From: Desulfuromonadales bacterium | GTDB taxonomy: Bacteria > Desulfobacterota > Desulfuromonadia > Geobacterales > Pseudopelobacteraceae | Reading direction: 5' to 3' | Length of the DNA: 64,000 nucleotides | Assembly: GCA_013349405.1 (NCBI GenBank) | Contig: DUZS01000004.1 | Location: 94,726 to 158,725, forward strand | Shown: positions 42,864 through 51,226 of the stretch, one piece after another | How positions within the stretch are numbered: position 1 is the first letter of the stretch | Layout: each line of letters starts with the position of its first letter | Program-made: the position numbers and the translations under genes | Notes under the pieces: model-generated | Databases searched by the model: none | Seen by the model: the letters and a program-made list of their open reading frames with translations, nothing else | Told to the model about the DNA's origin: nothing

Positions 42864-44459
42864 ATGAAAAAACTACTGAAGGGAACATTGGCAGGCCTGC
42901 TGCTTGTCACTCTCACAACCCCCGGATATGCCGAAAACAGAAAGGGGTCAGGCAACTTGTCGCCATTCGTCGGCGGCTATGTTCTGGACAAGGAGCAACG
43001 CGAAGAGAGTCGTCCGATGTTCGGTCTGCGCGCCGGTTACAACTTCACCAAAAACCTCGGTATCGAGGGGATGTTCGGCTACAGCCTCACTGAAACGAAG
43101 CGGGGGATCAATGGCTCGAGGGAAACCGACCTGTATCGCTATGGCGGCGAATTCCTCTACCATTTCATGCCGGACGGTAAATTCGTACCGTTCATTGCCG
43201 CAGGCGGCGGCGGCACCAGCTTCATCATACCTCAGACCCCCAGCCTGCAGAACCACTCTGCCTATCTGGTCGATTACGGCGGCGGTTTTAAATACTTCGT
43301 TGCTCCGGATGTTGCACTGCGGGCCGACGTGCGCCACGCAATTCTTATCCACGACACCGGCGACAACAATGTTGAATATTCGGCCGGTCTGACTTTTCAG
43401 TTTGGCGGTGTGAGAAAAACGGCTGCAGCAATTGCTGCGGTTGAAGATACCACCATACCGACCGTAATATTCACGGCACCGGTTAATGGCGCCACTATGG
43501 TGTATGTCAATCAGAAAGCCAATGTTGCCTTTAGCGAAGATATGGATACAACAACGATCAACACAGAATCTTTCACTCTGAAGCAGGGGTCGACACCGGT
43601 ATCAGGGTCGGTGACAGCAACCGGTTCAACGGCAACCTTTACTCCGTTATACAATTATGAAAAAGGTAAGGTCTACACCGCTACAGTTACTACCGGGGCC
43701 AAAGACCTTGCCGGCAACAGACTGGCAAACAACTATATGTGGGAATTCAATGCCGGTCAGGCTGCAGATACAACCGCACCGACAGTGATGTTTACCTCAC
43801 CGGTCAGGGGCGATAATACGACGCCGGTCACTCAGAATGTCAGCGCAGCCTTCAGTGAAAATATGGATCCGGTGACGATCAATGCTGCCACCTTTACCGT
43901 AAAACAGGGTGAAACTCCTGTTTCAGGCAAGGTAACGTCAAACGCCTCAACAGCAACCTTCACCCCGGCGCGGAACTTTGAAAAAGGGAAAGCCTACAGC
44001 GCTACTGTTACCACCGGAACCAAAGACCTGGCCGGAAATGCCCTGGCAAAAAACTATATGTGGGACTTTAAAGCATATCAGGCACCGAAGGTTATCGGTG
44101 TATTGGCCACACTCGAAAATTCACATTTTGACTTCGATAGTGCTGCCATCAGCGAAAACGGTAAAACAATCCTCAACCATAATGCCGTGTCGTTGAAAAA
44201 GAACACTAATATGAAACTTCGCATTGTGGGACATACCTCGGCATCTGGTTCTGAGGAGTATAATCAGGATCTGAGCGAAAGAAGAGCCGAATCAGTCAAA
44301 GAGTACCTCGTTAAAACCGGTGGTATTGAGAGCAGCAGACTCTCCACAATCGGCTTCGGTAAAATGAGACCGATTAAGCATGAAGCTGACCCCTCGGATA
44401 AATTGTCGGCTGAAGCGTACGCCAATATGCGCGTCGTTATTGAGATCATCGAAGAGTAG
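42864..44459 (+). CDS. outer-membrane beta-barrel, two Big_5 Ig-like repeats and an OmpA C-terminal domain in one protein
   Basis: Signal peptide. Barrel-like N-terminus (GLRAGYNFTKNLGIEGMFGYS...). Two repeats homologous to the upstream gene. The OmpA_C motif is read as LRIVGHTSASGSEEYNQDLSERRAESV. Confidence 0.8.
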   Translation: MKKLLKGTLAGLLLVTLTTPGYAENRKGSGNLSPFVGGYVLDKEQREESRPMFGLRAGYNFTKNLGIEGMFGYSLTETKRGINGSRETDLYRYGGEFLYHFMPDGKFVPFIAAGGGGTSFIIPQTPSLQNHSAYLVDYGGGFKYFVAPDVALRADVRHAILIHDTGDNNVEYSAGLTFQFGGVRKTAAAIAAVEDTTIPTVIFTAPVNGATMVYVNQKANVAFSEDMDTTTINTESFTLKQGSTPVSGSVTATGSTATFTPLYNYEKGKVYTATVTTGAKDLAGNRLANNYMWEFNAGQAADTTAPTVMFTSPVRGDNTTPVTQNVSAAFSENMDPVTINAATFTVKQGETPVSGKVTSNASTATFTPARNFEKGKAYSATVTTGTKDLAGNALAKNYMWDFKAYQAPKVIGVLATLENSHFDFDSAAISENGKTILNHNAVSLKKNTNMKLRIVGHTSASGSEEYNQDLSERRAESVKEYLVKTGGIESSRLSTIGFGKMRPIKHEADPSDKLSAEAYANMRVVIEIIEE

Positions 44460-44494
44460 AAACATCCTGTTTCATCACCAGTAAGCATGGTGGA

Positions 44495-44530
44495 GGCCCG
44501 GCGGAATTGAAAATCTGCCGGGCCTTTTAA
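44495..44530 (+). terminator. intrinsic terminator
   Basis: GGCCCGGC-N14-GCCGGGCC followed by TTTTAATT. Confidence 0.75.
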
Positions 44531-44722
44531 TTCCTTACCCACCTCAGAATATAATTCCTTCATCTCCCATCAACTGGCATCGGCAATTTAGAATTCCACC
44601 ATATGTAGCGGCATGTCTGAATGTGGCGGGTGTATGTGACGGATTTTCCGTATTATCGAATAGTAAGTCTTTAATTAATAACAATAACAGTATGTTACCG
44701 AATATGAAGATGAGTCGTTTAT

Positions 44723-44738
44723 TGGCTCGATAGTTGTA
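44723..44738 (+). promoter_or_regulatory. sigma-54 -24/-12 promoter candidate (weak -12 box)
   Basis: TGGCTC-GATAG-TTGTA. The promoter and about 30 nt of leader are homologous to 45849 onwards. Confidence 0.5.
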
Positions 44739-44797
44739 ATACTACAGGTATCGACAGGCCGTAGAGTCTGTAAAAAAAATGAAAGAGGAGTTTACCA

Positions 44798-45610
44798 ATG
44801 AAAACGAATGTACGTAACAACAGGTGGTTCACAGCAGTATTTCTGGCGGCCGTATCAATGGCCGTAGCACTGACAGGATGCGGAGGCGGCGACGGAGGAA
44901 ATAATACACCAGTGGCGGGACCCAACACCGGGCCGTCAGCAGTTCAACTTGGAACAGCCGGAAATTATGCGATTTTTGCAGAGACAGGGGTGGTCACTAA
45001 TCCGAATCCCTCAGTAATTACCGGAAATATCGGCACCGGACCAGGGGTCACCTCTTCTGCCATTACCGGATTTGCTCTTACTTTGCCGGCAGCTGGAGCC
45101 TTTTCGACTTCAGCCCAGGTAACCGGAAACATCTATGCCTTCGATTATGCAGCGCCGACCCCGGTTAACGTGACCACCACTTCAGCCGACATGGGTACAG
45201 CGTACACTGATGCTGCCGGACGTCCTGCAGGAGTCGGTCCCTTCCTGAACGTCGGGGCAGGAACCGTCAGTGGTAAAACACTTGCTCCGGGTACCTACAC
45301 ATGGACAAGTGCAGTTACGATACCGACAGATCTCACACTTAACGGAAGCTCGAATGATGTCTGGATTTTCCAGATTGCCGGAACTCTCGACATGGCCGCA
45401 GCCAAAAAAGTCATCCTCAGCGGTGGTGCTCTGGCCAAAAACGTATTCTGGCAGATTGCCGGAGCTGTATCCATCGGTGCAGACACGGAGTTCAAGGGTA
45501 ATGTTATGGGTAAAACTGCAATCACCCTGGGTAACAAAGCGAAAATCGACGGCAGACTGCTGGCGCAAACGGCGGTTAATCTTAATGGCACAACGGTGAC
45601 AAAACCGTAA
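44798..45610 (+). CDS. DUF3494 (ice-binding-like) lipoprotein
   Basis: Lipobox ALTGC. LGTAGNYAIFAETGVVTN...KNVFWQIAGAVSIGADTEFKGNVMGKTAITL. Confidence 0.85.
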   Translation: MKTNVRNNRWFTAVFLAAVSMAVALTGCGGGDGGNNTPVAGPNTGPSAVQLGTAGNYAIFAETGVVTNPNPSVITGNIGTGPGVTSSAITGFALTLPAAGAFSTSAQVTGNIYAFDYAAPTPVNVTTTSADMGTAYTDAAGRPAGVGPFLNVGAGTVSGKTLAPGTYTWTSAVTIPTDLTLNGSSNDVWIFQIAGTLDMAAAKKVILSGGALAKNVFWQIAGAVSIGADTEFKGNVMGKTAITLGNKAKIDGRLLAQTAVNLNGTTVTKP

Positions 45611-45640
45611 TACCGAAGCATCCCTATTCTCACCTGCACC

Positions 45641-45689
45641 GCGCAGAACCGATGGTCACCCGCACGAAGGTGGCCATCGGTTCTGCGTC
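45641..45689 (+). terminator. long (approx. 20 bp) hairpin after the DUF3494 gene
   Basis: GCGCAGAACCGATGGTCACC-N8-GGTGGCCATCGGTTCTGCGT, followed by CATTAATT. Confidence 0.5.
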
Positions 45690-45717
45690 ATTAATTCAGA
45701 CCGGATTTCCTGGCAAC

Positions 45718-45752
45718 CTGTCACATATAACGGCTGTGTCACATATAACAGG
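45718..45752. promoter_or_regulatory. direct repeat of the upstream box (candidate enhancer/UAS)
   Basis: CTGTCACATATAACGG-CTGTGTCACATATAACAGG, about 100-130 bp upstream of the -24 box at 45849. Confidence 0.45.
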
Positions 45753-45848
45753 TCCCCCTCCCGCCCGATTAACCCGGCACATTGGATTTTAATCATAATT
45801 ATTATTATATTTCAGCATGTTGTGTTTCAGGTGCTGATTACCTTCACT

Positions 45849-45864
45849 TGGCACACTAGTTGTA
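45849..45864 (+). promoter_or_regulatory. sigma-54 -24/-12 promoter candidate
   Basis: TGGCAC-ACTAG-TTGTA. Confidence 0.6.
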
Positions 45865-45933
45865 ATACTACCAGGTATGCAACAGGCCGTTACGGCTGCA
45901 ACAAAGTTAAATACAGTGCATCAAGGAGATGGT

Positions 45934-46245
45934 ATGCGCACAAAATCGTTACTTGCACTTCTGGTTCTCTCGGCAGCTCTTTCAACCTTTGGCGTAAATG
46001 ACGCCACGGCTGAAGTTTCCCTGCAGGTAGGTACTCCCAACCTGAGTTTCAGCCTCAGCGACTTCCAGCCGGCGCCTCCCAACGTCTACGTCTACCAGAA
46101 CAGCGGTCGCCCGTATTATGTGGAAAGAGAGCGCCGGGTCTATATGGAGAGGAGAAAACCGGGCAAGCATTATAAATATGACAAGCATCACGAGAACAAT
46201 GGCCGGGGAAAAGGGCATGACAAGCATGACAGGCATGATCGCTAG
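45934..46245 (+). CDS. small secreted protein with a His/Lys/Asp-rich tail (103 aa)
   Basis: AAGGAG lies upstream of ATG 45934. Signal peptide. Tail reads KHYKYDKHHENNGRGKGHDKHDRHDR. The N-terminal motif VSLQVGTPNLSFSL resembles the next gene. Confidence 0.65.
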   Translation: MRTKSLLALLVLSAALSTFGVNDATAEVSLQVGTPNLSFSLSDFQPAPPNVYVYQNSGRPYYVERERRVYMERRKPGKHYKYDKHHENNGRGKGHDKHDRHDR

Positions 46246-46263
46246 GAGTCCGAACATTTAAAT

Positions 46264-46365
46264 CTAACCCCCCTCAGTCCCCCCCTTACCTAAGGGGGGA
46301 AGCCTTGAAGTCTCCCCTTCGATAAGTACCCTCTGGGGCATAAAGGGAGAGTTAGAGGGGTTAGT
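46264..46365. repeat. G-run/C-run palindromic intergenic element (REP-like), copy 2
   Basis: CTAACCCCCCTCAG...CCCCCCTTACCTAAGGGGGG...AGAGGGGTTAG, nested inverted repeats. Confidence 0.6.
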
Positions 46366-46453
46366 TACGGAAATGCATGAAATTTTAAGTGTTACAAGGC
46401 ATTAGGACGCAACGGTCTGAATCGGATACCTATCTATAAAAAGGAGCATGAAA

Positions 46454-47452
46454 ATGAACATAAAACTATTCGGATTGATTGTGATGGTAACGCTGATGTG
46501 TCCGGTAACCTATGCCAAAGCTCAGGTGAGTATCGGCATTGGCATCGGGTTGCCCAACCTGAGCATCGGTATCAACCTGCCGATGTATCCGACCCTTGCA
46601 CCGATGCCCGGCTATCCGGTCTATTACGCACCGGAAGTGAATGGCAATTATTTCTTCTATGACAGCATGTACTGGGTTTATCAGGGCGATAACTGGTACG
46701 CAAGCTCCTGGTATAACGGGCCATGGGGGTATGTGGAGCCGATGTCGGTGCCACTGTTCGTACTCCGTATTCCCGTACGATATTATCGGCAACCTCCTGT
46801 CTATTTTCGCGGATGGCAGCCAAATGCACCGCCCCGCTGGGGTGAGCACTGGGGTAATGACTGGGAACACCGGCGCAGCGGCTGGGACAGGTGGAATCGC
46901 AGGGCGGTACCGGCGCGGGCGCCTCAGCCGGCATATCAGCGTCAGTATTCCGGAGATCGCTATCCTCATGTAGAGCGGCAGCGTGAGTTACGCAGCGAGA
47001 GCTATCGCTACCAGCCGAAGGATAAGGCTGTCCGCCAACATATACAGCAGCAGAAAAATTCACCTCCCGCTCAACGGGAAAGAGAGCGCGAACCACAGGG
47101 GAGAAGCCCGCAGCAGATTGAGCAGCAACGCCAGGCACCGCACCAACAGGGTGCTCCGCCGGATCGGCGTTCTCAGCCGCCGCAGCGTGGCGGTGAAGAA
47201 GCGCAGCGGGTAAGCCCGGGCCAACCGGCTCACCAACAGCGCGGTCCGGAACAGCGTGAGCAGAAACAGCAGCCGGCAGCTCAACAGCGCGAGCAACAGG
47301 CGCCACGTCAGCAGGGACAGGAGCAACGGCAGGAACAACGACCGCAGGAGCAGCGACAGCAGCAGGAGAGGGGGGCAGCCCAGGATTCCGGTCGCGGTCA
47401 CGGACAGGGACAGGGACAGGATAAAGAAGATGATCGAGGCCGGGGACGGTAA
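46454..47452 (+). CDS. secreted protein: aromatic/Pro-rich N-terminal half and Gln/Arg/Glu-rich low-complexity C-terminal half
   Basis: Signal peptide ending YAKA. FFYDSMYWVYQGDNWYASSWYNGPWGYV. The C-terminus is QQREQQAPRQQGQEQRQEQRPQEQRQQQ. AGGAG lies 7 nt upstream of ATG 46454. Confidence 0.6.
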   Translation: MNIKLFGLIVMVTLMCPVTYAKAQVSIGIGIGLPNLSIGINLPMYPTLAPMPGYPVYYAPEVNGNYFFYDSMYWVYQGDNWYASSWYNGPWGYVEPMSVPLFVLRIPVRYYRQPPVYFRGWQPNAPPRWGEHWGNDWEHRRSGWDRWNRRAVPARAPQPAYQRQYSGDRYPHVERQRELRSESYRYQPKDKAVRQHIQQQKNSPPAQREREREPQGRSPQQIEQQRQAPHQQGAPPDRRSQPPQRGGEEAQRVSPGQPAHQQRGPEQREQKQQPAAQQREQQAPRQQGQEQRQEQRPQEQRQQQERGAAQDSGRGHGQGQGQDKEDDRGRGR

Positions 47453-47455
47453 GCC

Positions 47456-49936
47456 ATGAAAACATTGATCGACCTGTTCAACACCTTTGAGGCGCTCGGT
47501 GACAAGACCGCTTTTGTGAATCGAACCGGCGTGCGTCGGTTGGTGGTCTCCTTCCGGGAGTTTCATGATCTTGCCCTGAAGATGGCGAATCTGCTGGCTC
47601 AATATGGGGTGGCACCGGGAGACAGGGTGCTTATCTGGGCACCAAACTCTTCCTGGTGGGCGGTCGCTTATTGGGGCGTCATCGTCCGGGGTGCAATCGC
47701 CGTTCCGGTCGACTTTATGTCCGACCTGGCACGGGCGGAATCTATCCGCACCCTCACGAAAGCAGAGGTTGTTCTGCAAAGTCGCTTCAAATCGGAGCGG
47801 ATAGCGGCAGCAACGTCTCTGCTACTGGAAGATCTGCAGTTCCTGCTTGAAGATATTGGGCCGATCAGTAGTCTTGCCGATGTCTCACCTGAAGATATGG
47901 CTCAACTGGTGTATACCTCCGGAACAACCGGTAATCCGAAAGGTGTCATCCTCACCCACAAAAACCTGGTAGCTAATATCACACAGATACATCAACAGGT
48001 ACCGATCATCACCTCTCGATTTACCTTTCTCTCGCTGCTGCCGCTCTCCCACATGTTCGAATTGACGGGCGGCTTTTTAACGCCGCTCTGCCGTGGTGCC
48101 TCGATTGTGTATCTGCGCACACTCAAGCCCTCAGCAATCATGTCCGCGCTTGATGAAGAGGATATTTACGTCATCATGTCCGTTCCCCGTCTCATGCAGC
48201 TGTTGAAGACATCCATCGAGCGGAACCTGGATGAGAAGCACCTCTCCGGACTGTTCCGGTTCCTGGTGCAGCTTGCAAAACGGCTTCCGAAAGAGCTGCG
48301 GCGACTGCTCTTTTTCCCGGTTCAGAAAACGTTTGGCGCTCATTTTACTCTGTTTGTCTCAGGCGGCGCTCCTCTGGCTCCGGACGATTTCACGTTCTGG
48401 GACGGTATGGGTTTTACGGTTCTGGAAGGGTATGGACTCACTGAAACCTCGCCCGTACTCTGCGTCAATACCATGGAGCGACAGCAGGCGGGCTCGGTTG
48501 GGCCACCGCTGCCCGGTGTTCAGGTGAAGATCGACAAGAAAGAGGTACTGGTACGCGGTGATAACGTCTTTCCCGGCTACTACCAGAACGAGGAGGCAAC
48601 CCGTGCCGCCTTCACCGCTGACGGCTGGTTCCACACCGGCGATTTTGGAGAGATCGGCCCGGACGGCTGGGTTACCATAAAGGGGCGTCAGAAGGAGATG
48701 ATCGTTACCGGATCGGGTGTCAACGTCTATCCTGACGAGCTGGAAGCGACCCTGAACAGGATTGCCGGGGTGAAGGAATCTTCAGTTATCGGACTCGAAA
48801 AAGGGGGGGCGGAAGAGGTTCACGCTGTGCTGATTCTCGACGGCAGTGGCAGAGCGCCGGAAGAGATACTTGCCGAGGCAAACAGCCATCTTGATGCGCT
48901 GCAGCAGATTACCGGCTTTACCCTCTGGAAGGAAGCCGAATTCCCCAAAACCACAACACTGAAAATCAAGAAGTTTGCAGTCAAGGAGACGATTGAAAAA
49001 GATGCCGAGGGGGGCGATACCACGGTCAGCGCGGACAGTCTGATCAACCTCATAGCACGGGTAACCGGAGTCGCTGCCGCACAGATCAGCGAGGATTCAC
49101 TGCTGGTGTCGGAACTCGGCCTTACCTCCATCGACCGGGTGGAGTTGGTTAATTTTCTTGAACAGCAATTCCGCCTCGATATTGAAGATTCACAAATCGG
49201 CCTGGAAACAAAAGTATCCGACCTGCGCACGATTATTGCGAAACGGGAAAAAGTGACCAGCCACGATCATTTCCGCTTCTGGACCAATGGTTCATTTTTT
49301 AGAGGGGTGCGAATGGTATGGGACGCCCTGTTCCATCGTCCCCTCTTCAGCAGCTTCGTCACGCTCGAACCGCAGGGGCTTGAGGAACTGAAAAAACTGA
49401 AGGGGCCGCTCTTTTTTGTCGCCAATCATCTCTCCTACCTCGATCATCTTGCGGTCATGTTCGCTCTGCCACCCGGAATTCGCTCCAGAACCGCCACCGC
49501 CGCCTGGGAAGAGTTTTTTTTCGGCGATTACCATGGGATAAACCGGATATTACGGCGCCTCAGTTACGAATACGCCACGCTGCTGTTCAACATCTTTCCG
49601 CTGCCGCAGTCACAGGGCTTCAGTCGTTCACTCGCGTTTATGGGCAAACTCGTCGATGGGGGCTGTAATATCCTGCTGTTTCCGGAAGGTGAACATTCCC
49701 GTGATGGTCAAATGCATGGCTTTCATCTCGGTCTCGGCACGATGGTCAAAGAACTGGGGATTCCGGTTGTGCCGGTACAGATCAACGGCACGTTTCAGGT
49801 ACTTCCCCATGGAGCCAGTTTTCCCAAGCAGGGCAGGGTGACGGTAACTTTCGGGAAGCCGCTTTACTTTCGCAATGAGGAACCGGCCGAGATTGTGGAG
49901 ATTACGCGTAATGCGGTGGAGCAGCTCGGCATATAA
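47456..49936 (+). CDS. tri-domain AMP-dependent acyl ligase, acyl carrier domain and lysophospholipid acyltransferase (PlsC-type)
   Basis: YTSGTTGNPKGV. A carrier motif ELGLTSIDRVELV. HX4D read as NHLSYLDH, and FPEGEHSRDG. Confidence 0.85.
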   Translation: MKTLIDLFNTFEALGDKTAFVNRTGVRRLVVSFREFHDLALKMANLLAQYGVAPGDRVLIWAPNSSWWAVAYWGVIVRGAIAVPVDFMSDLARAESIRTLTKAEVVLQSRFKSERIAAATSLLLEDLQFLLEDIGPISSLADVSPEDMAQLVYTSGTTGNPKGVILTHKNLVANITQIHQQVPIITSRFTFLSLLPLSHMFELTGGFLTPLCRGASIVYLRTLKPSAIMSALDEEDIYVIMSVPRLMQLLKTSIERNLDEKHLSGLFRFLVQLAKRLPKELRRLLFFPVQKTFGAHFTLFVSGGAPLAPDDFTFWDGMGFTVLEGYGLTETSPVLCVNTMERQQAGSVGPPLPGVQVKIDKKEVLVRGDNVFPGYYQNEEATRAAFTADGWFHTGDFGEIGPDGWVTIKGRQKEMIVTGSGVNVYPDELEATLNRIAGVKESSVIGLEKGGAEEVHAVLILDGSGRAPEEILAEANSHLDALQQITGFTLWKEAEFPKTTTLKIKKFAVKETIEKDAEGGDTTVSADSLINLIARVTGVAAAQISEDSLLVSELGLTSIDRVELVNFLEQQFRLDIEDSQIGLETKVSDLRTIIAKREKVTSHDHFRFWTNGSFFRGVRMVWDALFHRPLFSSFVTLEPQGLEELKKLKGPLFFVANHLSYLDHLAVMFALPPGIRSRTATAAWEEFFFGDYHGINRILRRLSYEYATLLFNIFPLPQSQGFSRSLAFMGKLVDGGCNILLFPEGEHSRDGQMHGFHLGLGTMVKELGIPVVPVQINGTFQVLPHGASFPKQGRVTVTFGKPLYFRNEEPAEIVEITRNAVEQLGI

Positions 49937-50029
49937 CCCCAAAGCACCCCACCCCGACAATTGAACTGTTGGACGACCTCCCTCTGCCCGCATCCATTGC
50001 GCAGGAGTTTTCTTTGTACTTGCCTTGGC

Positions 50030-50047
50030 GATAGCGTATATGCTATC
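50030..50047. promoter_or_regulatory. palindromic operator candidate upstream of hicAB
   Basis: GATAGC-GTATAT-GCTATC, ending 9 nt before the hicA ATG. Confidence 0.4.
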
Positions 50048-50055
50048 GTTCAGCC

Positions 50056-50289
50056 ATGAAGAAACAAATCCTCGACAATCCCAACAACGTGCCGTTTAAT
50101 AAACTTCTTGTGTTATGTTGTGCTTACTTCGGAGCACCGAGGGTTGCCGGAAGTCACCATATATTCAAAACACCGTGGCAGGGAGACCCGCGCGTCAATC
50201 TTCAGCGAGATGGCAAAATGGCGAAGCCATATCAGGTACTTCAGGTAATAAAGGCGATTGAAAAAATGGAGAAAAAACATGAAGTATGA
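50056..50289 (+). CDS. hicA: HicA-family type II toxin (mRNA interferase)
   Basis: VAGSHHIFKTPWQGDPRVNLQRDGKMAKPYQVLQV fits the HicA/YcfA pattern. It overlaps the next gene by 11 nt. Confidence 0.7.
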   Translation: MKKQILDNPNNVPFNKLLVLCCAYFGAPRVAGSHHIFKTPWQGDPRVNLQRDGKMAKPYQVLQVIKAIEKMEKKHEV

Positions 50290-50602
50290 TCAGAGAAAAT
50301 ACACCTATCGCATTGAGTGGTCGGATGAAGACCAGGTACATATTGCCCGTTGCCTCGAATTTCCCTCACTGGCAACCCATGGCAAGACACCGGAAAAGGC
50401 GCTCAAAGAGATCGAATTTGTAGTTGCGGAATCCATTCGCTGGATAGAAGAAGAAGGGGGCGTTGTGCCGGAACCTCTCGGCACCAGACACTACAAAGGA
50501 AACATCACACTGCGAGTTCCGCCGGATGTGCATCGGAATCTGGCAATGCTTTCCGCCGAGCAAGGCGTCTCAATCAATCAACTGGTGCTTTCCCGTCTGT
50601 AG
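50279..50602 (+). CDS. hicB: HicB-family antitoxin with a C-terminal RHH-like DNA-binding tail
   Basis: YRIEWSDEDQVHIARCLEFPSLATHGKTPEKALKEI... and LRVPPDVHRNLAMLSAEQGVSINQLVLSRL. Confidence 0.75.
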   Translation: MKYDQRKYTYRIEWSDEDQVHIARCLEFPSLATHGKTPEKALKEIEFVVAESIRWIEEEGGVVPEPLGTRHYKGNITLRVPPDVHRNLAMLSAEQGVSINQLVLSRL

Positions 50603-50781
50603 GCTCTTCCCGGCATTTTTCCATTCGTCGCACAGAACCTCCTCAAAATCACCCGTCAAATAATACAGTTATTTCAAACATGACGGGATCAGATAGCAGT
50701 TTTCCATTCTCCATGCCGCAGTGTATCTCAATTCCCCCATATATTCAGACTCTTGCAGGCTATGATTCCGTGATGCTTACA

Positions 50782-50797
50782 TGGCACATTAGTTGCC
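50782..50797 (+). promoter_or_regulatory. sigma-54 -24/-12 promoter candidate (DUF4398-OmpA pair)
   Basis: TGGCAC-ATTAG-TTGCC. Confidence 0.75.
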
Positions 50798-50842
50798 ATA
50801 TATTTTACTGATAGAAAATTCCACGTAGTGAAGGAGGACTCA

Positions 50843-51208
50843 ATGAAGTATGTATCCAGGATCGGAATGACGCTGTTAGCCGTGGCCGTTGTGGCCACAG
50901 GACTGATTGCGGGATGCGCAAACGTGCCATTGCGTACAGAGAAGTCGACGTCGAATATCCGTGCTGCCGAGGAGGCAGGCGCCGCCACGGTGCCGCAAGC
51001 ATCGTTGCATCTGCAACTGGCCAAAGAAGAGTTGGAGGCTGCCAAAAAGCTTTCTGCGAAAGGGGATAAGGAAGAGGCCAGATCGATGCTGACGCGGGCT
51101 GAAGCTGACGCCGAACTGGCAATCACCCTCTCGCATAAGGATACTGAAAAGACAGAGGCCAGAGAAGCCGTAGAGCGTGTACGCCAACTCCGTAAAGACA
51201 ACCTGTAA
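50843..51208 (+). CDS. DUF4398-type helical lipoprotein
   Basis: GAAGGAGG lies upstream of ATG 50843. Lipobox LIAGC. ASLHLQLAKEELEAAKKLSAKGDKEEARSMLTRAEADAELA. Confidence 0.7.
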   Translation: MKYVSRIGMTLLAVAVVATGLIAGCANVPLRTEKSTSNIRAAEEAGAATVPQASLHLQLAKEELEAAKKLSAKGDKEEARSMLTRAEADAELAITLSHKDTEKTEAREAVERVRQLRKDNL

Positions 51209-51226
51209 ATCATAAAGGGGAATTCC

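Noticed and set aside
12922-45610. Literal antifreeze or ice-binding function for the five DUF3494 proteins.
   Set aside because: The family name describes a fold. Nothing else in the window indicates cold adaptation, and the regulation (sigma-54, cGAMP-type riboswitch) and anchors point to envelope or surface roles. It is kept only as an alternative to be tested.
50056-50602. HicAB as evidence that the region is a mobile genomic island.
   Set aside because: There is no integrase, transposase, tRNA, flanking direct repeat or obvious compositional break. The surrounding genes share one regulatory logic, which argues for a resident chromosomal regulon.
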